64,000 nucleotides of DNA from a virus. The notes under the pieces were generated by a model. It made no database searches. It was given only the letters and a program-made list of their open reading frames with translations, and was not told the origin of the DNA. Positions within the stretch are counted from its first letter, which is position 1; each line of letters starts with the position of its first letter. Below are positions 54,318 to 62,801 of the stretch, one piece after another. The stretch lies in IMG/VR virus record IMGVR_UViG_3300045116_000678, positions 1 to 64,000 of that record; one strand, 5' to 3'. Position numbers and translations under genes: made by a program.

Positions 54318-54340
54318 AGCCCGCCCGCGCGGGCTTTTTT
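54318..54340 (+). terminator. Intrinsic terminator after cI
   Basis: AGCCCGC-CCGC-GCGGGCT followed by a T tract. Confidence 0.8.
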
Positions 54341-54378
54341 GCGTCCATCACCGGCTCTGGCCGACATGGAGAAAACAA

Positions 54379-54419
54379 TAGCTTTTGCTATTGACTCCGA
54401 ATATAGCGTTTGCTACATT
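54379..54419 (+). promoter_or_regulatory. PL-like sigma70 promoter with two operators
   Basis: TTGACT 54391-54396, 17-nt spacer, TACATT 54414-54419; TAGC-N4-GCTA at 54379-54390 and 54404-54415. Confidence 0.85.
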
Positions 54420-54552
54420 TGCTCCATCGAACACGCAATACCACCCAGCCCCAGCGATCCGGGGGCAAACCAAACCGATGCGGGCGGGGGTTCTAGGGGC
54501 AGTGCTCCGCAGCGTGGCGCGATTCCCTTCACAGGCGAAACGAGGAGCGCAA

Positions 54553-54759
54553 ATGCACAACACCCCTGGGCAGCACGCCCACATTCACACAACCTTCCGG
54601 CCGGCGCTGACATCGATCGCCGACCGCGCCGCAATCGTCCCCTTCCCACTCGTCGCAGCGAACGACGAACTGCCGGTCGGCCCTGCGCCCACGGCTGAAG
54701 CCCTGGAGCGCGCGCGCAACCAAGGCATCCTCCGCGAGCAACTTCGGGGCGGCGTGTGA
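54553..54759 (+). CDS. Small early protein
   Basis: GAGGAG SD, ATG 54553. Confidence 0.55.
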   Translation: MHNTPGQHAHIHTTFRPALTSIADRAAIVPFPLVAANDELPVGPAPTAEALERARNQGILREQLRGGV

Positions 54760-55199
54760 GCAGGTCGCCAAACGAGGCGCCTCCAGTCCAGGGCGCGTTG
54801 CCCAAAGGCCTGGTCGAGTGGCTATCCAGCGGCGAGCGTGGCGTCAGCAGCAACACCATCGTCCAACACCTGACAGGCATACCTGCGTGCGGCTCCGACA
54901 ACCACGTCGGAGCGCCGCAGGATCCTGCCGACCTAGACCGCTGCCTGGCGCTGCTTGAAGCGGTGCCATTGCTTCGCGCATTCTTTGCGCACATGCGGAC
55001 CTGCTCTCCCGAGTGGGCCGCGCTTGTCCCAATCTGGGATCGGCTTGAAGCCAGCCATCTGGCGGAGGCGGGGCTTGGCTGGAAAAAGGCGCGCAGCGCT
55101 CCGAAGACCTATGCGCTCATGCGGTCGGTCTTGGATCCAATCGCCCGAGAGTCGGAACTCAGGTATTGGGCATCTCGCTCAGGGCCGGGAGCCGCCTGA
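54756..55199 (+). CDS. Hypothetical phage protein
   Basis: WL.SGERGVSS..I...PQDPADLDRC..LL pattern; coupled. Confidence 0.7.
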   Translation: MSRSPNEAPPVQGALPKGLVEWLSSGERGVSSNTIVQHLTGIPACGSDNHVGAPQDPADLDRCLALLEAVPLLRAFFAHMRTCSPEWAALVPIWDRLEASHLAEAGLGWKKARSAPKTYALMRSVLDPIARESELRYWASRSGPGAA

Positions 55200-55378
55200 T
55201 GCACGCCCACAACCTGGACTTCCAACACGGCGTCGAGTGCACCGAGCGGGAGATGTCGGAGGAGGAAGCGCTGATCTTCTGCACCGCGCCTCCCAAGAAC
55301 GACGTGCCCCACGTGCGCGGCGAGAAGGTCGTGAAGCTGACCGCGCCGCCGCCCTCGGAATGGAGGGTTCTGCAGTGA
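55199..55378 (+). CDS. Small hypothetical protein
   Basis: TGATG overlap. Confidence 0.45.
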   Translation: MHAHNLDFQHGVECTEREMSEEEALIFCTAPPKNDVPHVRGEKVVKLTAPPPSEWRVLQ

Positions 55379-55619
55379 TCGCCACTCGCCTGACCGCAAC
55401 ACCTGTGTTCGTCGGCACGGTTGACGCCACGCGCGACAGCCGCCGGCCCACACCGCGCAGCCTGGAGCAGGGCTAGGGCATGCAGCGCAGCAGCACGGCA
55501 CGCATCGAGCCCATCGGTGCCGCCCAGCCCATGTCCATCGCCGAGAAGGCCGTGCTCGTCGCTTCGGCTCTCGGCGGCCTCTTCGTCCTCTTCCTGATCG
55601 CCCTTGAAAGGTTAGCCCA

Positions 55620-55916
55620 ATGACCGTTCGCCTCGCCTCCAGCAACTCGCGGCCCGTGCGTCGCGTCCGCGCCGGCACCGTGCCCGAAGACACCGCCTAC
55701 CACGAGCCTCCGGACCTCGGTGCCAGCGCCAGCACGCGCCGCGCCCTTGGCGGCTTCACCTTCGCCCCGGCCGCCAAAGATGAAGACACGGGGCACGGCG
55801 CCAGCCTGCTCGAGGACATCGCCATGACGGGCGGCGTGCTGGTCGTGATCGTCCTCGCGTCCATCGTCGTCTACGTCGCTCCCGACCTCATCGCATTCTT
55901 GGGAAATCTCAAGTGA
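55620..55916 (+). CDS. Small membrane protein
   Basis: C-terminal TM segment; coupled to ERF. Confidence 0.55.
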   Translation: MTVRLASSNSRPVRRVRAGTVPEDTAYHEPPDLGASASTRRALGGFTFAPAAKDEDTGHGASLLEDIAMTGGVLVVIVLASIVVYVAPDLIAFLGNLK

Positions 55917-56731
55917 CCGCAGCGCTCGCCAAAGCCGAGCCGGCCGTCCTTGCCGCGGAAGCGCCGGTCGTATTGCCGCCGCGCAATGAGATTGCGACGG
56001 TCCTCTACGCCATCACGGCGGCGGCCAACGACCCGAATGTCGACATCGACAAGATGGAGCGCCTGCTCGGCATGCACGAGCGCATGCATGCGCGTGCCAA
56101 TGAGCAGAAGTTCAACGCGGCGATGACCAAGGCACAGGCCGCGATGGCTCCAATCTCGGCCGACGCGGTCAATCCGCAGACCCGCAGCACCTATGCCAGC
56201 TACGCGCAACTGGACCGCGCGCTGCGCCCCATCTACACAAAGAACGGCTTCGCGCTGAGCTTCGACACCGAAGACAGCCCGAAAGAGAACCACATCCGTG
56301 TGCTGTGCTATGTGTCGCACGCCGCCGGCCACGTGCGCACCTACAAGTGCGACATGCCGGCCGACGGCAAGGGCGCCAAGGGCGGCGACGTCATGACGAA
56401 GACCCACGCCCAGGGCTCCGCGATGACCTACTCCCAACGCTACCTGTTGAAGCTGATCTTCAACGTGGCGATCGGCGAGCAGGACGACGACGGCAACGGT
56501 GCCAGCCCACCGCCCGGCGCCGATGGCATTCGGGAGGTGAGCGATGCCGACCGGCTCGCCGACTCCCTGTTCCAACGTCTGCAGGCGGCGAAGACCGACG
56601 GCGAAGCCGCTGCACTCTGGGCCGAAGGTGCAAAGGCGCTGGCAGCAACAAAGCGCCGAGATCTCTACGACGAGTTCAAAGGGAATGTCGTTGCCCACCG
56701 TCGGAAGCTGAAGGCAGGAGTTCGTCCGTGA
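55913..56731 (+). CDS. ERF-family single-strand annealing protein
   Basis: NPQTRSTYASY...GSAMTYSQRYLL..IFNVA..DDDGN. Confidence 0.85.
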   Translation: MTAALAKAEPAVLAAEAPVVLPPRNEIATVLYAITAAANDPNVDIDKMERLLGMHERMHARANEQKFNAAMTKAQAAMAPISADAVNPQTRSTYASYAQLDRALRPIYTKNGFALSFDTEDSPKENHIRVLCYVSHAAGHVRTYKCDMPADGKGAKGGDVMTKTHAQGSAMTYSQRYLLKLIFNVAIGEQDDDGNGASPPPGADGIREVSDADRLADSLFQRLQAAKTDGEAAALWAEGAKALAATKRRDLYDEFKGNVVAHRRKLKAGVRP

Positions 56732-57660
56732 TCGTGCTGAACCACCCCCAAGGCAGCGAAGACTGGCTGCGTGCACGCTGCGGCGTGGCGACAGCTTCGC
56801 GGTTTTCCGACGCGCGCGAGCGTGTGGGCGGGCTCACCGACCAGCAGCGCATCTACGTTGAGGCATTGCAGCGCGGTGTGGACGAGCCTGACGCGCGCGC
56901 CAAGGCGGGCTACAAGTTGAAGCCGACGGCGGGGGCGATCACGCTGGCCCTCAACGGCGAACCGACCTCGGAGCCAGGTGCGGCCGCAATCAAGTACGCC
57001 TGGCTGATCGCGTTCGAGACCATCAGCCGCGAGCCGCTGGACGACACCTTCGTCACCTACGCCATGCGCCGCGGCCGGGACCTGGAGCCGCGCGCGCGGC
57101 AGGTCTACGAGACCCGCACTGGCGCCCTGGTCGAAGAAGTCAGCTTGATCCTGACCGACGACGAGCGCTTCGGCTACTCGTCGGACGGCTTCATTGACGA
57201 CGACGGAATGGTCGAAATCAAGTGCCCCCTGTCCTGCGAGAAGCTTGGGCAGGTCTGGGCCAGCCCAGAGACGGCGCACCTCGAGTACCTCGACCAGATC
57301 AACGGCGGCCTGTGGATCACCGGCCGGAAGTGGTGCGACCTGGTCGTCTATTGCCCGTGGCTTGAGCCCGTCGGCAAAGACCTTTTCGTGAAGCGCATCT
57401 ACCGCAACGAGGAGGCGATCGAGGCCCTCGAGACGGACCTGGTCGGCTTCCTCAAGCTGGTCGACAGCTACCTCGCGATCCTGCGCACGCCCGCCAAGAT
57501 GTCCGGCGCCCCGAGGGATGCCGCGCCCACTCAGCATGCGACCGCCGCCGAGCCCGCACCCTGGGAAGACAGCGGCACGCCCGCGCGCGCACTCCCACTG
57601 TTCGCCGATGCCGCGCCCGCTGCGCGGTCCGGCAATGCCGTTATCGACAACCCGTTCTGA
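56728..57660 (+). CDS. YqaJ/lambda-exonuclease family protein
   Basis: QGSEDWLRARCG..TAS, MRRG.DLEP.AR, SSDG, EIKCP, Q.NGGLWITGRKWCD. Confidence 0.9.
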   Translation: MIVLNHPQGSEDWLRARCGVATASRFSDARERVGGLTDQQRIYVEALQRGVDEPDARAKAGYKLKPTAGAITLALNGEPTSEPGAAAIKYAWLIAFETISREPLDDTFVTYAMRRGRDLEPRARQVYETRTGALVEEVSLILTDDERFGYSSDGFIDDDGMVEIKCPLSCEKLGQVWASPETAHLEYLDQINGGLWITGRKWCDLVVYCPWLEPVGKDLFVKRIYRNEEAIEALETDLVGFLKLVDSYLAILRTPAKMSGAPRDAAPTQHATAAEPAPWEDSGTPARALPLFADAAPAARSGNAVIDNPF

Positions 57661-57668
57661 GAGGTCCC

Positions 57669-58772
57669 ATGTCCGAACTGTCCACCACCACCATCGGCGG
57701 CGAAGTAGCCGCCAAGCAGACCACTATCGCCGCCGCGGCCCTTGCGCTGTTCGCTCCACTGGAGACGGAGGTCAAGACGCTGGCGGAGCGCTACCGCAAT
57801 GTCGCATTCGACATGAGCACTCCCAAGGGCTTCAAGGCCGCCAAGGACGCGCGGCTGGAACTGCGCGAGTCGGGCCGCTTCGCGCTGCAGCGCCTGCGCG
57901 ACAAGACCAAGGACCAGCTGAACGACTGCAAGAAGGTCGTCGACAGCGAGGCCGCGCGGCTGATCGAGATCGTGAAGCCGGTGGAGACCGCCATCGATGC
58001 CCAGATATCAGCGCACGAGACCAAGCTGGCCGCTGAGAAGGCGGAGCGCAATCGGGTTGAGGCCGAGCGCCGACAGAAGCACCTCGATGCCATCGCCAAG
58101 ATCGAAAGCTACGTCGCGAAGGCCGAAGGTCTGCCGATCGAGCGCATCGAAGCCGGACTGGGCTACGTGCGCGACATCGACGTGAGCGCGGCCGTCTTCG
58201 AGGACTTCGCAACGCGCGCCGCGGCGCAGAAGGATGCCACCATTCGCGCGCTGGAGAAGATGATCGTAGACGCGAGAGATCGCGCTGCCGCCGAGGCCCA
58301 GCGGATCGAAAACGAGCGCCTGCGAGCCCAGATCGCCGAACTGCAGAGCAAGCAAGCGCCGCAGCCTTCTCCCGCACCTGCCCCTGCTGCCCTGCAGCAA
58401 GAACTGGCTCCCGCACCGCAGGCAGCGGCAGCGCCCCCCGCTCCCAGCCCCGTCGGCTACTCCACCGGCCGAGTGACGCGCGAAGCCGACACAGAACCGG
58501 CGCCCGCTCCGGTCCGTCAGTTCGAGGCCGGCGCAACCGCAGCAAACGAACCGGTGGTGTCCGGCAACCCGACGCTGCGGATCGGAGACATCGCCGCGCG
58601 GCTCGGCTGGACCATGACCGCGGAGCAGCTGCGCAGCCTGGGCGTGGAGCCCGCGACCCGCGAGCGCGGCGCCACGCTGTACCACGAGCAACAGTTCGCC
58701 GACATCTGCGACGCCGTGGCGCGCCGCGCACAACAAGCGAAGGCCGAGCACGCGCAGCGCCTGGCCGCCTGA
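57669..58772 (+). CDS. Coiled-coil phage protein
   Basis: 367 aa with GAGG SD, in the recombination operon. Confidence 0.75.
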   Translation: MSELSTTTIGGEVAAKQTTIAAAALALFAPLETEVKTLAERYRNVAFDMSTPKGFKAAKDARLELRESGRFALQRLRDKTKDQLNDCKKVVDSEAARLIEIVKPVETAIDAQISAHETKLAAEKAERNRVEAERRQKHLDAIAKIESYVAKAEGLPIERIEAGLGYVRDIDVSAAVFEDFATRAAAQKDATIRALEKMIVDARDRAAAEAQRIENERLRAQIAELQSKQAPQPSPAPAPAALQQELAPAPQAAAAPPAPSPVGYSTGRVTREADTEPAPAPVRQFEAGATAANEPVVSGNPTLRIGDIAARLGWTMTAEQLRSLGVEPATRERGATLYHEQQFADICDAVARRAQQAKAEHAQRLAA

Positions 58773-58793
58773 CCGTCACCCACAGGAGCCGCC

Positions 58794-59081
58794 ATGCCCC
58801 AAACACGCACCGCACCGGCCGCCGTCAACGGTCCGAAGGAATTCAAGGTCATCCCGCTGGTCGACGTGCAGTCGAGCCAGGTAAAGGCGATCGGCTACGA
58901 CGCCGGAACCAAGACCCTGGCCCTCACCTTTGCGCACGGCCCCGGGACCGTCTACCACTACCCGAACGTCGAAGCCGACCTGCACGCCGCCTTCGTCGCG
59001 GCCGAGTCGATCGGCACGTTCTTCGGCAAGCACATCAAGCCGCTGCCGTTCAAGAAGTTCGCGCCGCCCGCGGCCGACTGA
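58794..59081 (+). CDS. KTSC domain protein
   Basis: VQSSQVKAIGYD...YHYPNV...AESIGTFFGKHIK. Confidence 0.9.
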   Translation: MPQTRTAPAAVNGPKEFKVIPLVDVQSSQVKAIGYDAGTKTLALTFAHGPGTVYHYPNVEADLHAAFVAAESIGTFFGKHIKPLPFKKFAPPAAD

Positions 59082-59089
59082 CCAGTTTC

Positions 59090-59170
59090 GGGCGACTCGT
59101 CGGCGGGCACCTCCTCCTCCCTTCCTCCTCGCATTTCCCGCCGACCCGCGCGAGCGGCGCCCTCTTTCTT
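59090..59170 (+). ncRNA. Putative sRNA/hairpin presenting a CU-rich anti-Shine-Dalgarno loop
   Basis: GTCGGCGGG/CCCGCCGAC stem enclosing CACCTCCTCCTCCCTTCCTCCTC; outer GGGCG/CGCCC stem, then TCTTTCTT. Confidence 0.45.
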
Positions 59171-59192
59171 CAACTCATCGCAGCCATTCACC

Positions 59193-60098
59193 ATGCGCTT
59201 CAAGAACGCCATCAACTTCCGAATCGAGCCGACTTGGCAGGCCGACCATGGGTGCGCACTGGAAGGCCTCGCCCCAGCGGCCTTCGTGCCCTGCGGCCCC
59301 TCGCAGGAAAGTGCCGCCGGCTGGGTGCCGCCGCGCGGGCAGGAACACGGCTCCCTGCTTGAATCCGTCGACGGCCAGTGGCTGCTCGTCTACATGGTCG
59401 AGAGCAAGGCGCTGCCCGCCTCCGTCGTCCGCCGCAAGGTGGACGAGCGCGCCGCGCAGATCGAGGCCACCACCGGCCGCGCGCCAGGCAAGAAGGAGAA
59501 GAAGCAGCTCAAGGAGGACATCACGCACGAGCTGCTGCCGCTGGCCTTCACGCGCCATGCGCGCACGGCGGTGTGGATCGACCCCGACCAGCGCCGCCTG
59601 ACGCTCGACACCTCGAACATGGCGCGCGCCGATTCGGTGGTCACGGCCCTGGTGCAGGCGATCCCCGGCTTTGCCGTGGGTGCGGTGCATACCCAGGTGG
59701 AGCCGGCCAGCGCCATGGCCGGCTGGCTGGCCACACAGGATCCGCCCTCTGGCTTCACCATCGACAGGGAGTGCGAACTCAAGGCCACCGACGACTCCAA
59801 GGCCGTGGTGCGCTACGGCAAGCACCCGCTGGACATCGAAGAGGTCCGCCAGCACATCGCCAGCGGGAAGCGGCCCACGCGCTTGGCCATGACCTGGGAG
59901 GACCGCGTGTCCTTCGAACTGACCGAAGGCGGGCAACTGCGCAAGCTGGCCTTCCTCGAAGGCGTATTCGACGGCGGCGAATCGAAGGGCGGCAAGGGCA
60001 GCGACGAGAACTTCGACACCGACGCCGCCATCGTCACCGGCGAGCTGGGACAGCTGCTGCCCGCCCTGATCGACGCCCTCGGTGGGGAGACGTCGTGA
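59193..60098 (+). CDS. rdgC: Recombination-associated protein RdgC
   Basis: MRFKNA...GWVPPRG...LPASVV...LLPLAF...LAMTWEDRVSFELT...NFDTD. Confidence 0.9.
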   Translation: MRFKNAINFRIEPTWQADHGCALEGLAPAAFVPCGPSQESAAGWVPPRGQEHGSLLESVDGQWLLVYMVESKALPASVVRRKVDERAAQIEATTGRAPGKKEKKQLKEDITHELLPLAFTRHARTAVWIDPDQRRLTLDTSNMARADSVVTALVQAIPGFAVGAVHTQVEPASAMAGWLATQDPPSGFTIDRECELKATDDSKAVVRYGKHPLDIEEVRQHIASGKRPTRLAMTWEDRVSFELTEGGQLRKLAFLEGVFDGGESKGGKGSDENFDTDAAIVTGELGQLLPALIDALGGETS

Positions 60099-60739
60099 TG
60101 TGGGAAACAAAACTCTCGATGCTCAAGCGCGGCATCGACCTGATGGAGCGCTTCTGCGCGGCCAATGACCTCCAGGTGCCGCCCGTCGTGGCAACCGATC
60201 GGCGGGCCTGGAACTTCGACGCCTGCGCCTACTACCGGCCGATCGAGATCCACATCTGTCCCTATAGGTGCGCGGCGATCGGCTACGCCGGCATGCAGTG
60301 GTCGTTTCCAGGCCATTCCGTCGACCGCACACCCTATGGCGTGATCGCCCACGAGCTCGGCCACCATGCCGATTGGGTCAGGAGCGACCAGAAGGGCCGC
60401 TACTTCGGCGATTTCAGCATTGCCATGCGCAAGCGCTGTGCGGAAGCGCCGCTGACGTCCTACTGCCCAAACGACGCAGAGTGGTTCGCGGAGATGTTCC
60501 GGCTGTTCGTCACGAACCCGGATCTGCTGTCGCATCTGCGGCCGCGCACCCACGCAGATCTGTTGGAACACTTCAAGCCAGTCTTCGAAGACGCCTGGAG
60601 CCAGCGACTGCACGGCGCACCTGATCGGACCATCCTGGCCATCCGCCGCAAGCTGGATCCGAAGCGGCCAGTGCGCAAGGCTCACGAGCCGTCAGACCGC
60701 AACTACCGCGACAGCGGATTGGAAAGAGCGGCAGCGTGA
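60098..60739 (+). CDS. Zincin-like metallopeptidase
   Basis: VIAHELGHH and EWFAEMF motifs. Confidence 0.7.
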   Translation: MWETKLSMLKRGIDLMERFCAANDLQVPPVVATDRRAWNFDACAYYRPIEIHICPYRCAAIGYAGMQWSFPGHSVDRTPYGVIAHELGHHADWVRSDQKGRYFGDFSIAMRKRCAEAPLTSYCPNDAEWFAEMFRLFVTNPDLLSHLRPRTHADLLEHFKPVFEDAWSQRLHGAPDRTILAIRRKLDPKRPVRKAHEPSDRNYRDSGLERAAA

Positions 60740-60741
60740 CG

Positions 60742-61098
60742 CTACTTTTTCCAGACCAGCGGCACGATCACGGCTGCGGCAGCTGCGAGTGCGCTGACAG
60801 CGGCGGCGATGGCCGCAACCATTCCCCAGCGGGCAGACCGCTCAGCGGCTGCCGTCGAGCGTTGCTGCGCAGTGCGGGCGATCTCCGCGGCCGCCTCGGA
60901 TTGAGCATGGTCATGGCGAGCCAGCCACAGCTCGGCAGCCGTCCCAGCTTCCCCGACGAAATGGCCGTCGTTGAGGGCCGTGCGGATTTCGAACGCATCA
61001 TGCTCAGCCGCGAAGGCGTCGAAGTCAGCGGCGGTGTAAGCGCTGAATCCCCCGGGGACCACGTGCATGTGGCCATTTCTGTCGCGATAGGTCGCCAT
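60742..61098 (-). CDS. C-terminally anchored membrane protein (moron)
   Basis: AAAERSARW followed by a C-terminal TM. Confidence 0.65.
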   Translation of the reverse strand: MATYRDRNGHMHVVPGGFSAYTAADFDAFAAEHDAFEIRTALNDGHFVGEAGTAAELWLARHDHAQSEAAAEIARTAQQRSTAAAERSARWGMVAAIAAAVSALAAAAAVIVPLVWKK

Positions 61099-61101
61099 CT
61101 T

Positions 61102-61347
61102 TCAATCCGTATCGAGGTCGAATTCCATCTGGGTCTGCCGGATGACGCGCGCCACGTCGAGCCGGTAATGCGCGCGCTGTGCACCCACAGGCACATACCA
61201 GTTCGGCTCGCCCGGGCCAGCGTCGGCCCAGCGCACGCCGTTGGTGTGGACGTCCGTGACTTGGCCAGCCATGCCGTGCAGCGCCTCGATGCGCTCGATC
61301 AGGATCTCGCGCAGTTGACGCGCGGTGCGGGTGGGCTTGAAGGGCAT
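61102..61347 (-). CDS. Small hypothetical protein (moron)
   Basis: 81 aa between two TM-protein genes. Confidence 0.6.
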   Translation of the reverse strand: MPFKPTRTARQLREILIERIEALHGMAGQVTDVHTNGVRWADAGPGEPNWYVPVGAQRAHYRLDVARVIRQTQMEFDLDTD

Positions 61348-61350
61348 GCG

Positions 61351-61731
61351 TCAGCCCACCCACTCTTTGATAAACGGCCAGCCTGCTACCAGCAGTGCAG
61401 CCATCGATACCGCGATCGCCCACCCTGCCCAGCGGGCAGACCTGTCGGCGGCGTCGGCTGCCCGCTCTGCCGCGGCAGTCGCGCGCTCCTCCCTGTCAAC
61501 CCTCGCGCCTTCAGAAAAACGGTAAGCCGCCGCCCTGGCGCGCTCGACGTAGATCTCGACAGAGGTCCTTTTTTTTCCAACGAAGTACCCGCGGGCAAGG
61601 CGCTCTTCGAGTTCGTCAACCGGGTCGTCTTCGCCAGCGAAGGCAAGGTCTTTGTTGGCAGCGTGCTCCCGGTGCAGGGAGGCCCAGCGGTCGATGTCTC
61701 TGTGGTCGAGCCAGTTCGCTTCGTCAGCCAT
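61351..61731 (-). CDS. C-terminally anchored membrane protein (moron)
   Basis: GAGGAG SD; AAAERAADAADRSARW followed by a TM. Confidence 0.65.
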   Translation of the reverse strand: MADEANWLDHRDIDRWASLHREHAANKDLAFAGEDDPVDELEERLARGYFVGKKRTSVEIYVERARAAAYRFSEGARVDREERATAAAERAADAADRSARWAGWAIAVSMAALLVAGWPFIKEWVG

Positions 61732-61757
61732 CTTCGTCTCCTCGTAGCTGTTCCAGC

Positions 61758-62531
61758 ATGATGCCACCACTCGAAATCAGCACAAACCCGTGCCCCGTGC
61801 ATGAGGTATCGCCTGCCGGTGATGAAGTGCAGCCATCGCCCAAGGGCGATGCGCGCGAGCGCCCGATACTCTTCTCCGCGCCCATGGTGCGCGCCCTGCT
61901 GGCCGGCACGAAGACGCAGACGCGGCGGGTTGTCAAGCTCCCTCACAACAACCGTCTGGGCCAGTGGGAGGTGTTGCCATGGGGCGGGCCGAATGGTGGC
62001 CGAACGCGCGGCGGCGAAATGGTGCCCTTCCAAAACGTGATCGGGCACAGCCGCACCGGCGACATTGTCGGCTGCCCCTACGGCCAGCCCGGCGACCGGC
62101 TGTGGGTACGCGAGACGTTCTTTGCGTGGGGCCGCTGGGAATCCCGCTTCAGCTCAAAGAAGAACCGCGACGAGTGGCACTTCGTGGACGAGACCCTCGT
62201 CAGCGGGCACGCCTACCGCTACGCCGCCGACGGCCTCTGGCCAATAGCCGCCCGGCCTCGCCTGGCCGGAGCGAAGCCAAGCTGGTGGCAGCGCCCGGCG
62301 ATCTACATGCCGCGGGTGGCCAGCCGGATCGCGCTGGAGGTCAGCGGCGTGCGCGTCGAGCGGCTGCAGGACATCAGCGAGAAGGACGCGCTGGCTGAGG
62401 GCATCGAGCATTTCGTGCCTGATGACCCCCGCAAAGAGTATCGGCTGCTCTGGGAAGACATCAATGGCGCCGGCAGCTGGGGCGCCAATCCCTGCGTGTG
62501 GGTAGTCGAGTTCCGGAGGATCGCACCGTGA
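61758..62531 (+). CDS. ASCH-like phage protein
   Basis: ERPILFSAPMVRALLAGTKTQTRR...CPYGQPGDRLWVRETF...VRVERLQDISE.DA.AEG...NP.VWVVEF; start uncertain. Confidence 0.8.
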   Translation: MMPPLEISTNPCPVHEVSPAGDEVQPSPKGDARERPILFSAPMVRALLAGTKTQTRRVVKLPHNNRLGQWEVLPWGGPNGGRTRGGEMVPFQNVIGHSRTGDIVGCPYGQPGDRLWVRETFFAWGRWESRFSSKKNRDEWHFVDETLVSGHAYRYAADGLWPIAARPRLAGAKPSWWQRPAIYMPRVASRIALEVSGVRVERLQDISEKDALAEGIEHFVPDDPRKEYRLLWEDINGAGSWGANPCVWVVEFRRIAP

Positions 62532-62800
62532 GCGGCCTGTTCCTCACCGATGAAGAGGTCGACGACATGTGCGCCGGCCTGAGCACCAACGCTGTGAAGG
62601 TGCGCCGCCTGCGCGCCCTTGGCCTGGTGGTCAACGTGAAACCCAACGGGCGGCCCCTGATCGTGCGTTCGCACGCCGAGGCTGTCATGAGCGGCCGGCC
62701 CAAGATGGAAGCCGCCGCCCAGCCGCAGGAGGCCGAGCCGGCACCGGCCGCCAACACCGCCGGCATCGTGGCCCTCTTTGGCCGCAGGAAGGCTGCCTAA
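62528..62800 (+). CDS. DUF4224 excisionase-like protein
   Basis: FLTDEEVDDMCAG...NGRPLIVRSH; directly upstream of the integrase. Confidence 0.75.
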   Translation: MSGLFLTDEEVDDMCAGLSTNAVKVRRLRALGLVVNVKPNGRPLIVRSHAEAVMSGRPKMEAAAQPQEAEPAPAANTAGIVALFGRRKAA

Positions 62801-62801
62801 G

